From a virus, in the IMG/VR virus record IMGVR_UViG_3300030333_005233, positions 4,427 through 68,426 of that record: DNA of 64,000 bases. One strand, 5' to 3'. Made by a program: the position numbers and the translations under genes. This document shows, in pieces, positions 37,916-47,961 of this stretch. How positions within the stretch are numbered: position 1 is the first letter of the stretch; each line of letters starts with the position of its first letter. The notes under the pieces are model-generated. The model searched no databases, was not told the DNA's origin, and saw only the letters and a list, made by a program, of their open reading frames with translations.

Positions 37916-38122
37916 CTATGTGTTGTAAGTTACATAGTTTATTACATCCTTATGCCTCCAAGATTTTTTATATTCTCCAAATGTAGAGAGTTTTGCTAAT
38001 TCAATATAGTTTTTATTTAGTTCGTTTATTAATTGTATCAACACCTCTTCGTTATGAGACGCTATACATTCATATACTAGCTCGTCAGTGTCATATTCAG
38101 GCTTATAATCTTCTGAACTCAT
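37916..38122 (-). CDS. Hypothetical protein
   Basis: 68 aa, ATGA-coupled. Confidence 0.55.
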   Translation of the reverse strand: MSSEDYKPEYDTDELVYECIASHNEEVLIQLINELNKNYIELAKLSTFGEYKKSWRHKDVINYVTYNT

Positions 38123-38553
38123 AACGTCAGTAACTCCAAATTAATATTGGCTTCTTCAAACAATTTTTTTGCAATATTAAAATTTTTTTCCCAGCGTTCT
38201 TCGTTCTGTACTACTGAAACCACCCTCTTAATGCCAGATTGTATAATTAAACCAGCACATCTAGAGCATGGCTGAAAAGGCCAAGTGTATAATGTACATC
38301 CTTCTACAGAACCGTTAGCAAACATTAGTGCGTTAGCTTCTGCATGTACTATTATAGCATATTTTTCTTCTCTGTCAACGAGTCTTTTTTCAGAATCTTC
38401 AACACCTTTAGGAAATCCGTTAAAACCAATAGATACAATTCTTTTGTTGTCATCGACTATAACAGCACCCACTTGAGTTGACGGGTCTTTCGACCACGAT
38501 CCGACTAGTTTGGCTAATTCAATAAATCTATGATCCCAATTTAGTAGACTCAT
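38119..38553 (-). CDS. dCMP deaminase
   Basis: SKDPSTQVGA, GFNG, HAEANA, PCSRC. Confidence 0.93.
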   Translation of the reverse strand: MSLLNWDHRFIELAKLVGSWSKDPSTQVGAVIVDDNKRIVSIGFNGFPKGVEDSEKRLVDREEKYAIIVHAEANALMFANGSVEGCTLYTWPFQPCSRCAGLIIQSGIKRVVSVVQNEERWEKNFNIAKKLFEEANINLELLTL

Positions 38554-38686
38554 ACCATAATAATCCTATGTTTGCTATAGTGTAACCTAACCACATAATA
38601 GCATGTGAATGATCTTTTTGCAAGTAGCAAGATGCGCAAGTAATAGAATATAAAACTGTAGTTATAATTACACAGTAAAATCCCAT
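38528..38686 (-). CDS. 52-aa two-TM membrane protein
   Basis: Below cutoff; MGFYCVIITTVLYS...WLGYTIANIGLLW; GGAG RBS. Confidence 0.6.
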   Translation of the reverse strand: MGFYCVIITTVLYSITCASCYLQKDHSHAIMWLGYTIANIGLLWYESTKLGS

Positions 38687-38689
38687 TCG

Positions 38690-39271
38690 TCACTCCCTAA
38701 AATTTTTCCTGTTTGTGCTATTTTTTATAATACAAAAACTTCCATCGCTGTATGTCATCAATTGTTTTAATTTATATTGTTCCATAAATTCATCAATAGC
38801 CTGTTTTACTCCATTAGTATTTTCTAACGTCTGTGTAAAGCGATAATCATGTCCGCATATAAATCCACCACGTTTTACTTTTGGAACATACAGTTCAAGA
38901 TGTTCTTTTGTATTTTTGTAATCATGTAGAGTATCAATATAAATCATATCTACAGACGCATCAGTAAATTTGTTGTGGCACGTTTTAGAGCTTTCATTAT
39001 ATATTTCTACTTTGTCTTCAATATGTCGCAACCTTTCTGATATTACCTTTGCCCTGTCCTCTTTTATTTCTATGCAATAAAATTTTTCTATAAAAGGAAA
39101 AGACGACATAATTAATGCAGACTCTCCTATGTGGGAACCTATTTCTATACATTTCAATTTTTCTCTCTGCCTGTACATCTTGATGTCCATCATCATTTCT
39201 ATAAGACCAGTAACTAAACATCCTAATATTTTATTGTGTGCATTACGTTTTTCAAATCTTAGACTTTGCAT
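38690..39271 (-). CDS. Class I SAM methyltransferase (Methyltransf_24-like)
   Basis: IEIGSHIGES; DMIYID..H.Y; GGFICGHDY. Confidence 0.88.
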   Translation of the reverse strand: MQSLRFEKRNAHNKILGCLVTGLIEMMMDIKMYRQREKLKCIEIGSHIGESALIMSSFPFIEKFYCIEIKEDRAKVISERLRHIEDKVEIYNESSKTCHNKFTDASVDMIYIDTLHDYKNTKEHLELYVPKVKRGGFICGHDYRFTQTLENTNGVKQAIDEFMEQYKLKQLMTYSDGSFCIIKNSTNRKNFRE

Positions 39272-39276
39272 AGTAT

Positions 39277-39918
39277 TTAATCCCCAAACTTGTAATTAAA
39301 TAATTCTAAATCTTTTGCAAATCTTTCAGAAAACATTTTAACATCTTCTTTGTCGAAATAATTTGTATAGTGTTTATGTTTATTTTTATTTATATGAGGT
39401 AAAGTATAATCTTGATTTTTTGAAGTTATTTTTGACATTATTTTATTAAAGTCTTCTTGCAAATTTTCGTATTTACCTATAAAGTCAACAAGAAGTTTAT
39501 TGGATTGGCTAAAGAAAAAATTTGACTGCGTAGCACCATATCTATAAATATATTCTTTTAGAGTCCACGTTGCTATTTTTTTTGCTCTATTTTTTGCTTT
39601 GATCCTGATGGTATCATTTTGTTCAATTCTTCTTTGCCAATAAAAATATGAGGAAATACAAGCGTCGAAGGGGTTCCTGACAAAGCCAAATTTATAATAG
39701 TCTTTCCAGTTCCATTTTTTTAAAAAATGTTTTTTGATTGTAGGTGCTGTTGAATGTTTTTTCATACCCTCTATTTCGCACTTTATATCTTCGTGCCACT
39801 CTTCGTGTCCACATATATTCTCTATAGAAAATACTTCTATCAATTTTTGCCTTATTGATGACCCTGCTGTCTTAGGATTATGAATGAATATAAACTTAGG
39901 ATCGTGACAAAGAATCAT
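39277..39918 (-). CDS. Sulfotransferase family 2
   Basis: 5'-PSB FIHNPKTAGSS; 3'-PB FVRNPF...ISSY; DFIGKYENL. Confidence 0.88.
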   Translation of the reverse strand: MILCHDPKFIFIHNPKTAGSSIRQKLIEVFSIENICGHEEWHEDIKCEIEGMKKHSTAPTIKKHFLKKWNWKDYYKFGFVRNPFDACISSYFYWQRRIEQNDTIRIKAKNRAKKIATWTLKEYIYRYGATQSNFFFSQSNKLLVDFIGKYENLQEDFNKIMSKITSKNQDYTLPHINKNKHKHYTNYFDKEDVKMFSERFAKDLELFNYKFGD

Positions 39919-39919
39919 A

Positions 39920-40600
39920 TCAGTCTCCAAACTTATAATCAAATAGTTCTAGATCCACTGCAAATTTTTCTGAAAACTTTTCTACATCTTTCTTGGTGAA
40001 ATACTCAGTATAGTGCTTGTGTACGCTTTGATTTTTATGAGACAGTTTCCAATCTTCTTCTGTGGCATCTGGATTGATCTTTAGCACCACCTCTTTAAAA
40101 TCTTCTTGAATATTTTCAAACTTACCAACAAAGTCTACTAATAGATTGGAACAAGTTTTGTGATCATAAAACCAATGGTATTGATGTTGATTAAAATGAT
40201 GTATATATTTTTCAATAGGTGTGTTATAAATATTATTAGCTAAAATCGTATTCTCTGGAGACAAAGGTTCATCATTATCAATCTTTCTTTTCCAAAAAAA
40301 ATAACTAGAGATACACCTTTCAAAAGGGTTTCGCACAAAGCCAAAGCTATAATACGAATCCCAATCTAAGTTGTTTTCTTCGAGATATTCTTTAGCTATA
40401 TCGGCATATGCATGTACGCTTATACCAACCCTTGTAGTTGAGTCTTCTAATAATTTTGGATCTCCGGGTTGATTTTTCTTCATTGTTTGGAATATTCCAG
40501 TATTCAACGTTGGCCTACCAAAAAGTTGTTTTTTTATAGAATTACCTGCGGTTTTAGGGTTGTGTATAAAAATATATTTTAAGTCATGAGATCCTACCAT
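39920..40600 (-). CDS. Sulfotransferase family 2 (tandem paralog)
   Basis: FIHNPKTAGNS; FVRNPFERCISSY; DFVGKFEN. Confidence 0.88.
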   Translation of the reverse strand: MVGSHDLKYIFIHNPKTAGNSIKKQLFGRPTLNTGIFQTMKKNQPGDPKLLEDSTTRVGISVHAYADIAKEYLEENNLDWDSYYSFGFVRNPFERCISSYFFWKRKIDNDEPLSPENTILANNIYNTPIEKYIHHFNQHQYHWFYDHKTCSNLLVDFVGKFENIQEDFKEVVLKINPDATEEDWKLSHKNQSVHKHYTEYFTKKDVEKFSEKFAVDLELFDYKFGD

Positions 40601-42807
40601 TTGCACTCCTTCTTATTTATAAAATGATTTCTTAATCGTGTATTGTGTTTGTCTAAGAATCCAGACTGCTCCAATGCCAATATCATTTGCTTGTATGCGT
40701 TGTGATATGATGTATTGCTTTTAATGTAGTATGGCCCAGCGTGTGAAATATAATTTCTTAAATCTTTATCGTCATGCAGAAGTTGTATGTTATTAGACAA
40801 GTCTCCAATGTTATTTTTTGCGCAAGTTAATCCAGTGACACCATTTACAATAGACTCATTGACACCTTGAGAGGCATATCCTACACACGGAGTTCCGCAC
40901 GATGAGGACTCTGCAAAAACCATACCAAAAGCCTCTTGTAAACTTGGCCCTACAAATACATCAGCGGCAGAATATAAATAAGCTATCATTTTTCTATCTT
41001 TTATAAAGCCTAAATTTACTATATCATATTTTAGCTCTTCTGGGCTTATTATACCATTTCCAAAGGTTACTATCATGCAATTATCAATTTGTGTTTCATT
41101 TATAGCTCTCATGGCGTCATTTGTGCCTTTTCTTTCGTCAGCCAAGTTTGTAGCACCTATCAATATTATAAACTTATCTTTTGGTAGGTTAAATGTATCT
41201 CTACATGCATTTTTTTCATATGGCCTAAACATATCTGTATCTATGCACGGCTTAACGCAATACGCTTTTTGATTTGTAGTTTTTTCAACTAAATTTACCA
41301 TGTGATAGCTATTACAAAGAATAGTAAAATTTTCGTGTTGTATCAATTTTCTTTTTCTGTGGTAATGTGAATTAATCTGATCTTTATCTAAAAATGGATA
41401 ATTAAATAAGTCTGGACAAGTAGACGTACATTCTTTAAGAAATTGATTACAGTGTTTGCTGTATGGGCATTTACCTGTTATTAGCCACTCGTCGTGCATT
41501 AAAAAAAATGTTGGATATTTTTCTACTACCTGCTCTAAAAAATCTAAATCATTTTGCAAACTATGCACATTTCCACAAAACACAAAATCTGGGTTTATAG
41601 TGTCTATTTTTGATAATGTTTTTTCAACGTCAAAGTCTGCCCTTTGTGAACTAATTTCTTCAGTACCCTGAACGGGAGAAATAAAATGATTAGCCATTTG
41701 CAGTGCGTGACAAAAGTTTTTGTGGGCAATTCCAGCACCGCATTCAAAACCTACATCATTAAAAGTAACAATATTAAAGTATTTAGGTCTTGTTTCATCG
41801 CCACTTTGTGGCACGTTTATTTTGTATTTATTTGCTAGCTTGTCTCTGTGGCTGTATAGCTCATCTACAAACTGAAGCTCAGATGTTTTTTGTTTTTCAT
41901 GTTGAACATGATATGACACTGGGTGTGATATAATTTTTATCTTAGCAGATTGCGCTGCAAACCTAACCCACAAATCGTAGTCCATGCTCCAATGTAAAGT
42001 TTTATCAATGTATCCCCCTGCTTTCTCGTAGATAGATCTTGTAAAAAATACTTCAGGTTGATAGAAAAAATCTCCCTTCATCCACTTATTATCTAGATCT
42101 AGCATATCTTTAAGACATAATTCTTCTTTATCGTATAATGGCATACATTTAGAGAATATGCTATCGTTATCTGCGACATGACAAGTAGCTGCAACCATGT
42201 CAACTTTATGATGCTGGAATGTTAGGCTAATTGCCCATAAAGCATCCTTACAAAAGGAGTCATCGCTGTTTAACCAGCACAGTATATCTCCAGTTGCTAA
42301 CTTAAAACCTTTTTCTATTGCTTCAGATTGCCCATTGTCTTTCTCACTAATTATAATATCTATCTTATCTTTGTATCTATTTATTATTTCTAAGCTGTCA
42401 TCAGTAGAGCCTCCATCGACAACAATAATTTCTTTGTTTGGATAGGTCTGTGAAATTATGGACTCTAAATTTTCTTTTATAAAATTACCATAGTTATAAT
42501 TAGGTACAACTATAGATATCTTAGGTATAGATTCTTTTATGCCTTTAATTTCATTTGCCAGTGGTATGTCTAATACTTCTTCTTCAAACTTTGGTATCAA
42601 ATCTTCTTTTCGCTTCTTTGCTCCAAAGTATCGCCCATATTGGTGATAATGGTAATATAGCCTATATCTTTCAGGTATATCATTTTCAGAACAGTAAGGC
42701 TGATAAAAATCATCTAAATCTGGATGATTGATAATACTTCTGTAAAATTCTTCATCAAATTCTTCATCAATTTCATTATGCTCATAAAATTCTTCAATGC
42801 TAATCAT
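40594..42807 (-). CDS. Bifunctional GT2 + GT4 glycosyltransferase
   Basis: GT2: ISIVVPNYN, VDGGSTD, WLNSDD; GT4: ERKG, EAFGMVFAE; N-terminal FDEEFY..HPDL...HY..YG module. Confidence 0.9.
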   Translation of the reverse strand: MISIEEFYEHNEIDEEFDEEFYRSIINHPDLDDFYQPYCSENDIPERYRLYYHYHQYGRYFGAKKRKEDLIPKFEEEVLDIPLANEIKGIKESIPKISIVVPNYNYGNFIKENLESIISQTYPNKEIIVVDGGSTDDSLEIINRYKDKIDIIISEKDNGQSEAIEKGFKLATGDILCWLNSDDSFCKDALWAISLTFQHHKVDMVAATCHVADNDSIFSKCMPLYDKEELCLKDMLDLDNKWMKGDFFYQPEVFFTRSIYEKAGGYIDKTLHWSMDYDLWVRFAAQSAKIKIISHPVSYHVQHEKQKTSELQFVDELYSHRDKLANKYKINVPQSGDETRPKYFNIVTFNDVGFECGAGIAHKNFCHALQMANHFISPVQGTEEISSQRADFDVEKTLSKIDTINPDFVFCGNVHSLQNDLDFLEQVVEKYPTFFLMHDEWLITGKCPYSKHCNQFLKECTSTCPDLFNYPFLDKDQINSHYHRKRKLIQHENFTILCNSYHMVNLVEKTTNQKAYCVKPCIDTDMFRPYEKNACRDTFNLPKDKFIILIGATNLADERKGTNDAMRAINETQIDNCMIVTFGNGIISPEELKYDIVNLGFIKDRKMIAYLYSAADVFVGPSLQEAFGMVFAESSSCGTPCVGYASQGVNESIVNGVTGLTCAKNNIGDLSNNIQLLHDDKDLRNYISHAGPYYIKSNTSYHNAYKQMILALEQSGFLDKHNTRLRNHFINKKECKW

Positions 42808-42812
42808 GGATC

Positions 42813-43190
42813 TTAATCCGTTTTTCTGGCATATAAGTAATTAAATAATTTTGCTGCCCCTTGATAAGTATCGCCCACAGACCCAGCAGCATTATTACAG
42901 TCAAAGCAAACCCATCCTCTAAATTTGCTGCTGTCTGGATAATGATCGCAGTACCACTGCCCTTGTTTAGATTTCCAGTTTTCTGGCTTTTCTCCACAAC
43001 AATCACATCTTTCTGGTTTTTCTGGTGCGTTTTTTTTTGCTTCCTTCAACCCCTTGCTATATTCTTTTGCACATGCCTTGCATTTAGAGTAGGGAGTGCC
43101 ACGATCTAAATAAAAGTTATCTAATGTCAACCATTCTTTGCATATCCTACATTGTTTAGTCTCTTCTTTAAATAATTCTAGTTGATTCAT
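42813..43190 (-). CDS. Endonuclease VII-like HNH nuclease
   Basis: CRIC...CKAC; CDCC...DH...FRGWVCFDCN. Confidence 0.8.
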   Translation of the reverse strand: MNQLELFKEETKQCRICKEWLTLDNFYLDRGTPYSKCKACAKEYSKGLKEAKKNAPEKPERCDCCGEKPENWKSKQGQWYCDHYPDSSKFRGWVCFDCNNAAGSVGDTYQGAAKLFNYLYARKTD

Positions 43191-43377
43191 ATTTGTACCT
43201 TATAGTTATCAAGATTTCATTTTCTTGCATCTCATACGGCCTTATATGTGGTCTAATTATGATAGGGGCTACTTGATGTTTTAGTTGTTCTATTTGATGT
43301 GCCATCATGAAGTTAAATATTAAAGATATAATAAATAGAAAAAAAAGTATATATGTTGCGGGGTGCATATCTCTCAT
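43168..43377 (-). CDS. Small membrane protein
   Basis: Start moved downstream of the terminator; one TM segment. Confidence 0.55.
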   Translation of the reverse strand: MRDMHPATYILFFLFIISLIFNFMMAHQIEQLKHQVAPIIIRPHIRPYEMQENEILITIRYKYESTRII

Positions 43378-43391
43378 TTTACACTCTGATA

Positions 43392-43438
43392 TAAAAAGAT
43401 CGGAGGTAGAGGAACACACATGGCATTCCCCTACCTCC
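43392..43438 (-). terminator. Rho-independent terminator after rIIB
   Basis: GGAGGTAG.GGAA...TTCC.CTACCTCC stem followed by GATCTTTTT on the minus strand. Confidence 0.7.
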
Positions 43439-43447
43439 TCCACACAA

Positions 43448-44314
43448 TCACACACTAACCATGTCTTTTTTCTTTAGAACTTTATTAACACGCTCCAGTT
43501 TCGCAGTGACCTCTACGACCCATTCCTTGTTACGCTTCTTAAGGTTTGAGTAATCAATGTCATCCTTGGTCATGTGGACAACACTCTTAAACAAGTCTTC
43601 AAACTCGCTTACCACTTCATACTTACAGCAGCGTAACTTCTGACAACGACAATCGCTTGGTACACTTACAACATCTTTTGGATTGACCTTGCAGATCATA
43701 AGCTTATTGCCACCATCGCCTTCGTTATCATCCAAGTCAATACCACCATACGACTTGGCATAATCAAATGCTCCAACGTGTAGTCCAGCAGCACAGTGAT
43801 GCTGCCTGTTTCCATTTACTTTACTACGTGGAACCTCGCACGTACTTCCAACACTATTATCAAATGTGTGAGAGTACAAGTCTCTATAGTTTGGATCTAC
43901 TGCTTTATATGCTAAGAAATGTCCATCAGGTGTGATAGGCATGTTCTTGTTTTCCATAAACTCAAACAGTTCTGTGATAGCATGGTCAGATGGATTCTGC
44001 GACATGTTATCAAGGAAGTTCAACATAGGCTCGAACGGGTATCCTTGCTGGATCATGTCTACTATTGTTCCACCAAACATCTCTGGCATATCAATCCCAT
44101 CCCATTTCATTTTGCCGTCTTCAACACTGGCATATCCTTCGCAGTAGGCGTTTATATGCGACACAATATCGTAGGATGCCTCAAAGTGTTCGACATTATT
44201 ATTCTTTAGATGAGTAATAAGTCTTTCGTATCTAGGGTGCGACTTGCCAAAGGTGTAAACTTCGCCTGCGACTGTTGCTGTTACGTTTCCATCATTTGCA
44301 ATAATGTAATTCAT
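43448..44314 (-). CDS. rIIB: rIIB-like protein
   Basis: PITPDGHFLAYKAV, DNSVG..PR, GLHVG, KVNPKDVVSVP.D...KLRCCKYEV. Confidence 0.88.
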   Translation of the reverse strand: MNYIIANDGNVTATVAGEVYTFGKSHPRYERLITHLKNNNVEHFEASYDIVSHINAYCEGYASVEDGKMKWDGIDMPEMFGGTIVDMIQQGYPFEPMLNFLDNMSQNPSDHAITELFEFMENKNMPITPDGHFLAYKAVDPNYRDLYSHTFDNSVGSTCEVPRSKVNGNRQHHCAAGLHVGAFDYAKSYGGIDLDDNEGDGGNKLMICKVNPKDVVSVPSDCRCQKLRCCKYEVVSEFEDLFKSVVHMTKDDIDYSNLKKRNKEWVVEVTAKLERVNKVLKKKDMVSV

Positions 44315-44356
44315 TTCAAACTCCTTTAGGATTGTGTGTAAAAATCTCTAATTTAA

Positions 44357-44794
44357 TTATACCCATTCATCGTCTTTTGTCAAGCGGTTTCTTGAATTTT
44401 TTTTGTCAGAAGTGGGCCTGTCGTTAAATTCGCTAGGATCAAGGCTTGTTGCAGCCCAATAACGGGAGTCAGTTCTTGGATCATGTTTTTTCTCCAATGT
44501 AAATGTTATGGGTTTTGCTGCAAATTCTTGCATATTTTTATCTTCTGTAAACAATTCCCATTCGTTGATAAAATCATAAACATCTACATACGAATCTTCA
44601 TCTTGATAATTATAAGCTACGTAGTATGAGTCATCGTACATCCATACTATAACTTCATCTAGCTTAACTTCTAATCTTTGTAGATCCACTTTTAATGCTC
44701 TTGCAGCGGCGATTTCAAGCGGTGAATTTCTAAGCGTTTTAATTGCTTGTTCAATATCATTTTCAGTAACATCGACCGTGATTGTATTAATCAT
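44357..44794 (-). CDS. Hypothetical protein
   Basis: ATGA-coupled to thyX. Confidence 0.6.
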   Translation of the reverse strand: MINTITVDVTENDIEQAIKTLRNSPLEIAAARALKVDLQRLEVKLDEVIVWMYDDSYYVAYNYQDEDSYVDVYDFINEWELFTEDKNMQEFAAKPITFTLEKKHDPRTDSRYWAATSLDPSEFNDRPTSDKKNSRNRLTKDDEWV

Positions 44795-45426
44795 GTCCAA
44801 CCTAAAGCCTCCGAGACTACGGGTAGTTTATTAATAAAAATATCCTTACACTGGTTTGCCACGTCCATGTGTTCTTTTTGGGTTCCATTTTCTGTCCTTA
44901 AGTTTATATAATGAATCCAACTTCTTATTGTTCCATTCATGTATAACTTTGTAGGTGTAGCTAGTGGTAAAACAAATCTTGCACATTCTTTCGCTATACC
45001 AATCTTTAGCATTTCGTCATATATATATTGACTTTTTCTAAAATGATCTTCTATAATTCTTTTCCAAGCCATCTTATCAGTTTCTGATATATTGTCAAGA
45101 GAGTTCTGCCTATTTTTTTTATCTTGACCTCTTAATTCTGGAGAATCAATGTCATTTGCTATAAGATTAGCTTCAGCGTATCTTTGACTAAACTCTTGAA
45201 AACTAAAACTTCTATGTCTTAGGATTTGTGCAGCAATACCTCTTGTAGTCTGTATCTCTAGAACCATGTTAGCCATTTCAAAAATTGACCAATGACCATG
45301 TTCAATACAGTATTTTAATAATTTGTCGTATTTAGTGCTATCTTGATTGTTTGGGTTAGACACTCTAGCACAGTACGCTATTGTCTTTTCAGCATCTGGG
45401 GTAATTGATATAATGTCAACGCTCAT
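44791..45426 (-). CDS. thyX: Flavin-dependent thymidylate synthase
   Basis: HWSIFE; RHRSFSFQEFSQRY; ECARFVLP. Confidence 0.95.
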   Translation of the reverse strand: MSVDIISITPDAEKTIAYCARVSNPNNQDSTKYDKLLKYCIEHGHWSIFEMANMVLEIQTTRGIAAQILRHRSFSFQEFSQRYAEANLIANDIDSPELRGQDKKNRQNSLDNISETDKMAWKRIIEDHFRKSQYIYDEMLKIGIAKECARFVLPLATPTKLYMNGTIRSWIHYINLRTENGTQKEHMDVANQCKDIFINKLPVVSEALGWT

Positions 45427-45482
45427 AATGTTCCAAGTTTAGTAAGTCCTCCAATATATACTATCCCAAATCAAAGATTATG

Positions 45483-46256
45483 TCAATCTTTTTTTTCAAA
45501 AATTTCAATAATATCATCTATCCATTTCTTGTGAATGCTTACTCTGGTGTGGGCAGACCAATCTCTCCTGCTAGAATCTAGTCTACCATCATCTGTAAAA
45601 ATACAAGAGTGAACTCCAGCTAATTTTTTATCAATAAATAAGCCTCCTCCGCTGTCTCCATTTCCTATTAAATATTCTAAAGAAGTATAAGGAGGTTTAT
45701 CTACAGAGCAAACAATCATACCTTGAAATAATTCATTATCGACATAATTAGATCCAGCTCTCCTTTTTTTGTCAGAAGCAACTATACCAGTTGTCCATGT
45801 GCCATTCATGCCCCATCCAGCTAGACTACAAAGTTTTCCCATTTCATCTTTTTTATCGTATAGTTCTGGATAAAAATCTAATTTAATTTCTTCTTCTAGT
45901 AAACAGACTGCAATATCTAAGGGTCCAACTTCTTTGTCTTGATCGGCTTTTGGGCAAACGTATCCTAATATTTTTATTTTTTTGTCGCCAAATATTACAT
46001 GTGACGATTCAGTGTCTTGTACAACATGAGATGCAGTAATCAATATTCTTGGCCTTACAATGACTCCTGAGCCATAGAAGACAGATAAATTTTCTTGTCC
46101 CTCTATTTTCATTTTGCCACTTACAGGCACTACGCATTCGTGTTTTGCTCCGTACTCTAGATACTTTGAATCTGCAATGCTAGGATTTCTTGTTCCAGAA
46201 ATCGCTTGGGATGAAAGGCCAAAGAAAATAGCTAAGAATAATATAAGATATCGCAT
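45483..46256 (-). CDS. Secreted trypsin-like serine protease (second)
   Basis: Signal peptide MRYLILFLAIFF; TASHV, DIAV, GDSGGGLF; AAGGAG RBS. Confidence 0.88.
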   Translation of the reverse strand: MRYLILFLAIFFGLSSQAISGTRNPSIADSKYLEYGAKHECVVPVSGKMKIEGQENLSVFYGSGVIVRPRILITASHVVQDTESSHVIFGDKKIKILGYVCPKADQDKEVGPLDIAVCLLEEEIKLDFYPELYDKKDEMGKLCSLAGWGMNGTWTTGIVASDKKRRAGSNYVDNELFQGMIVCSVDKPPYTSLEYLIGNGDSGGGLFIDKKLAGVHSCIFTDDGRLDSSRRDWSAHTRVSIHKKWIDDIIEIFEKKD

Positions 46257-46593
46257 TAAGACGCTCCTTACTTGCAGCACCAAATTTATAACTGTAAGAT
46301 CTATGAGCCTTTGCTTCACGATAGTCTTCGCAGTCTTGTATTACATTCTCATTCCAGCTTTTCCAATCCATAAAATGTCCAAAGACAAAATGACAATATT
46401 TGCCGCACAGTGTGATTAAGTTAGTGGGATCTAGCTCTTTTTCGGGAGCTATATGATACGGAACAATGTGATGCACTTCTAGTCCTTCTTCACGTCCACA
46501 CGCAGCACAAGTGGGATTATTTTTTATATGTTCTGCACGTACCTTTCGCCATTGCGAAGAACGCCCATATAATTTATCTATTAAGCCAAACAT
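46180..46593 (-). CDS. HNH endonuclease
   Basis: W..VR...CAACG...EVHHIVP...NLITLC...CH. Confidence 0.85.
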   Translation of the reverse strand: MFGLIDKLYGRSSQWRKVRAEHIKNNPTCAACGREEGLEVHHIVPYHIAPEKELDPTNLITLCGKYCHFVFGHFMDWKSWNENVIQDCEDYREAKAHRSYSYKFGAASKERLNAISYIILSYFLWPFIPSDFWNKKS

Positions 46594-46611
46594 AAAAAAC
46601 TCCTGCCATTA

Positions 46612-47961
46612 TTATACACTATTTTGATGTATATCAATATCAAATATTCTAGCAATCCAATAGCAAAAACCAGATCCCCAAGGATAAACGCTAAAAGAGT
46701 GTATTTTTTGGGATTTTGACAAAATTTTCATATCTAAAGCAACATAGTACATATTGTTTATTTTTTGCCGCCTATCTATCTCAAGTGACTTTATGAAGCC
46801 GGGATTGTCAGACGAATGCTGACTTTTTTCATGCGTTACCCTAATATCGTAATCGGTTTTATCTATGATATTTTTCTTAATATACTCCTTAAATTTGTTT
46901 GAATCGGACATAACTATAGTAGTTTTTTTACTGTTTAGGTAAGATGAGATAACGCTTTTAGAAAGTTTTTCGTAATCTAAATCAAAGTTTTTTGTGTTTA
47001 TATTGTCAACATCTAGCTCTGTTTTGGAAAGGTGACTAGAACATTCATGGTCCCCGAGTCTAAAATGAATAACTTCATAATCTAATAGATCTAGATCAGA
47101 GAATGTTTTTTCCACATCCTCGTTAAAAATAATATTGTCTTTCATGAACGATTGACATTCTTTAGAAAGATCGTCGTCTTCCTCGCTTCCAATCTTATCG
47201 GAGTAGCTAGAAAAAATAATTACATTTTTATTCTTAGAGTTATTTAATTCATTTGCTATATTGTTTTCCATGTTTATGAAATAATCAAACTGTGTCGCAT
47301 ATTCTTTACGATGTTTTTCTGTGTCAAATATTTTATCTGTGGAAACTTTAATCTTACACTTTGATTTTACATACGTACCAAGATCATGATTGTCAAATGA
47401 TATCATAAAATTTATGCGTTTCTTATGCAACAGATCTGCTAAATAACAACAGCCCCTGAGAAAATCGCCTACACCGCTTGAACTTGCATTGTAATATGCA
47501 TTGATTACATTCTTCCCATCTAAGTTATAAAAGTCTATCATGTTTGATAGAACCTGAAAATAATCTTCAACAATGTATTTTTTAAAATTTTTAATCACGC
47601 TCCTAGAGGGGTTGTCGGTTTCTGATACGTGAACGTTTACACACTCTACCATGCAACTTTTTTGTTGATCACTCAGTTGATCTTCGTGCTTACTAAACGC
47701 CAGATAAAATTCATCAAGCACTTTGTCGTCAACGTTGCAAGCTGTTAAATAAAAAAACAAAACACATATCGCTAAATCCATGTCCAAAATGCCATAATCA
47801 TTATATAGCTTAGTAATAGTAGTGATACATTTTTCGTAATCTTTTTTATTGTATAACATGCATGATTCAACATACATGCGTTCTTGCTCATCAAGTTCGC
47901 ACAAATCTACAGATGCACCTTTAGACAGTTTATCAATTACATCTAAAACTTTATTGTTCAT
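46612..47961 (-). CDS. Putative fucosyltransferase-like (NodZ/GT23/GT11-type fold)
   Basis: GVGDFLRG; IHFRLGD; VMSD; DMKILSKS...GSGF; near fcl. Confidence 0.6.
   Translation of the reverse strand: MNNKVLDVIDKLSKGASVDLCELDEQERMYVESCMLYNKKDYEKCITTITKLYNDYGILDMDLAICVLFFYLTACNVDDKVLDEFYLAFSKHEDQLSDQQKSCMVECVNVHVSETDNPSRSVIKNFKKYIVEDYFQVLSNMIDFYNLDGKNVINAYYNASSSGVGDFLRGCCYLADLLHKKRINFMISFDNHDLGTYVKSKCKIKVSTDKIFDTEKHRKEYATQFDYFINMENNIANELNNSKNKNVIIFSSYSDKIGSEEDDDLSKECQSFMKDNIIFNEDVEKTFSDLDLLDYEVIHFRLGDHECSSHLSKTELDVDNINTKNFDLDYEKLSKSVISSYLNSKKTTIVMSDSNKFKEYIKKNIIDKTDYDIRVTHEKSQHSSDNPGFIKSLEIDRRQKINNMYYVALDMKILSKSQKIHSFSVYPWGSGFCYWIARIFDIDIHQNSV

Noticed and set aside
43378-43455. Cys-rich N-terminal extension of ORF 43168-43455
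   Set aside because: Spans a terminator hairpin; the ATG at 43377 is the more likely start
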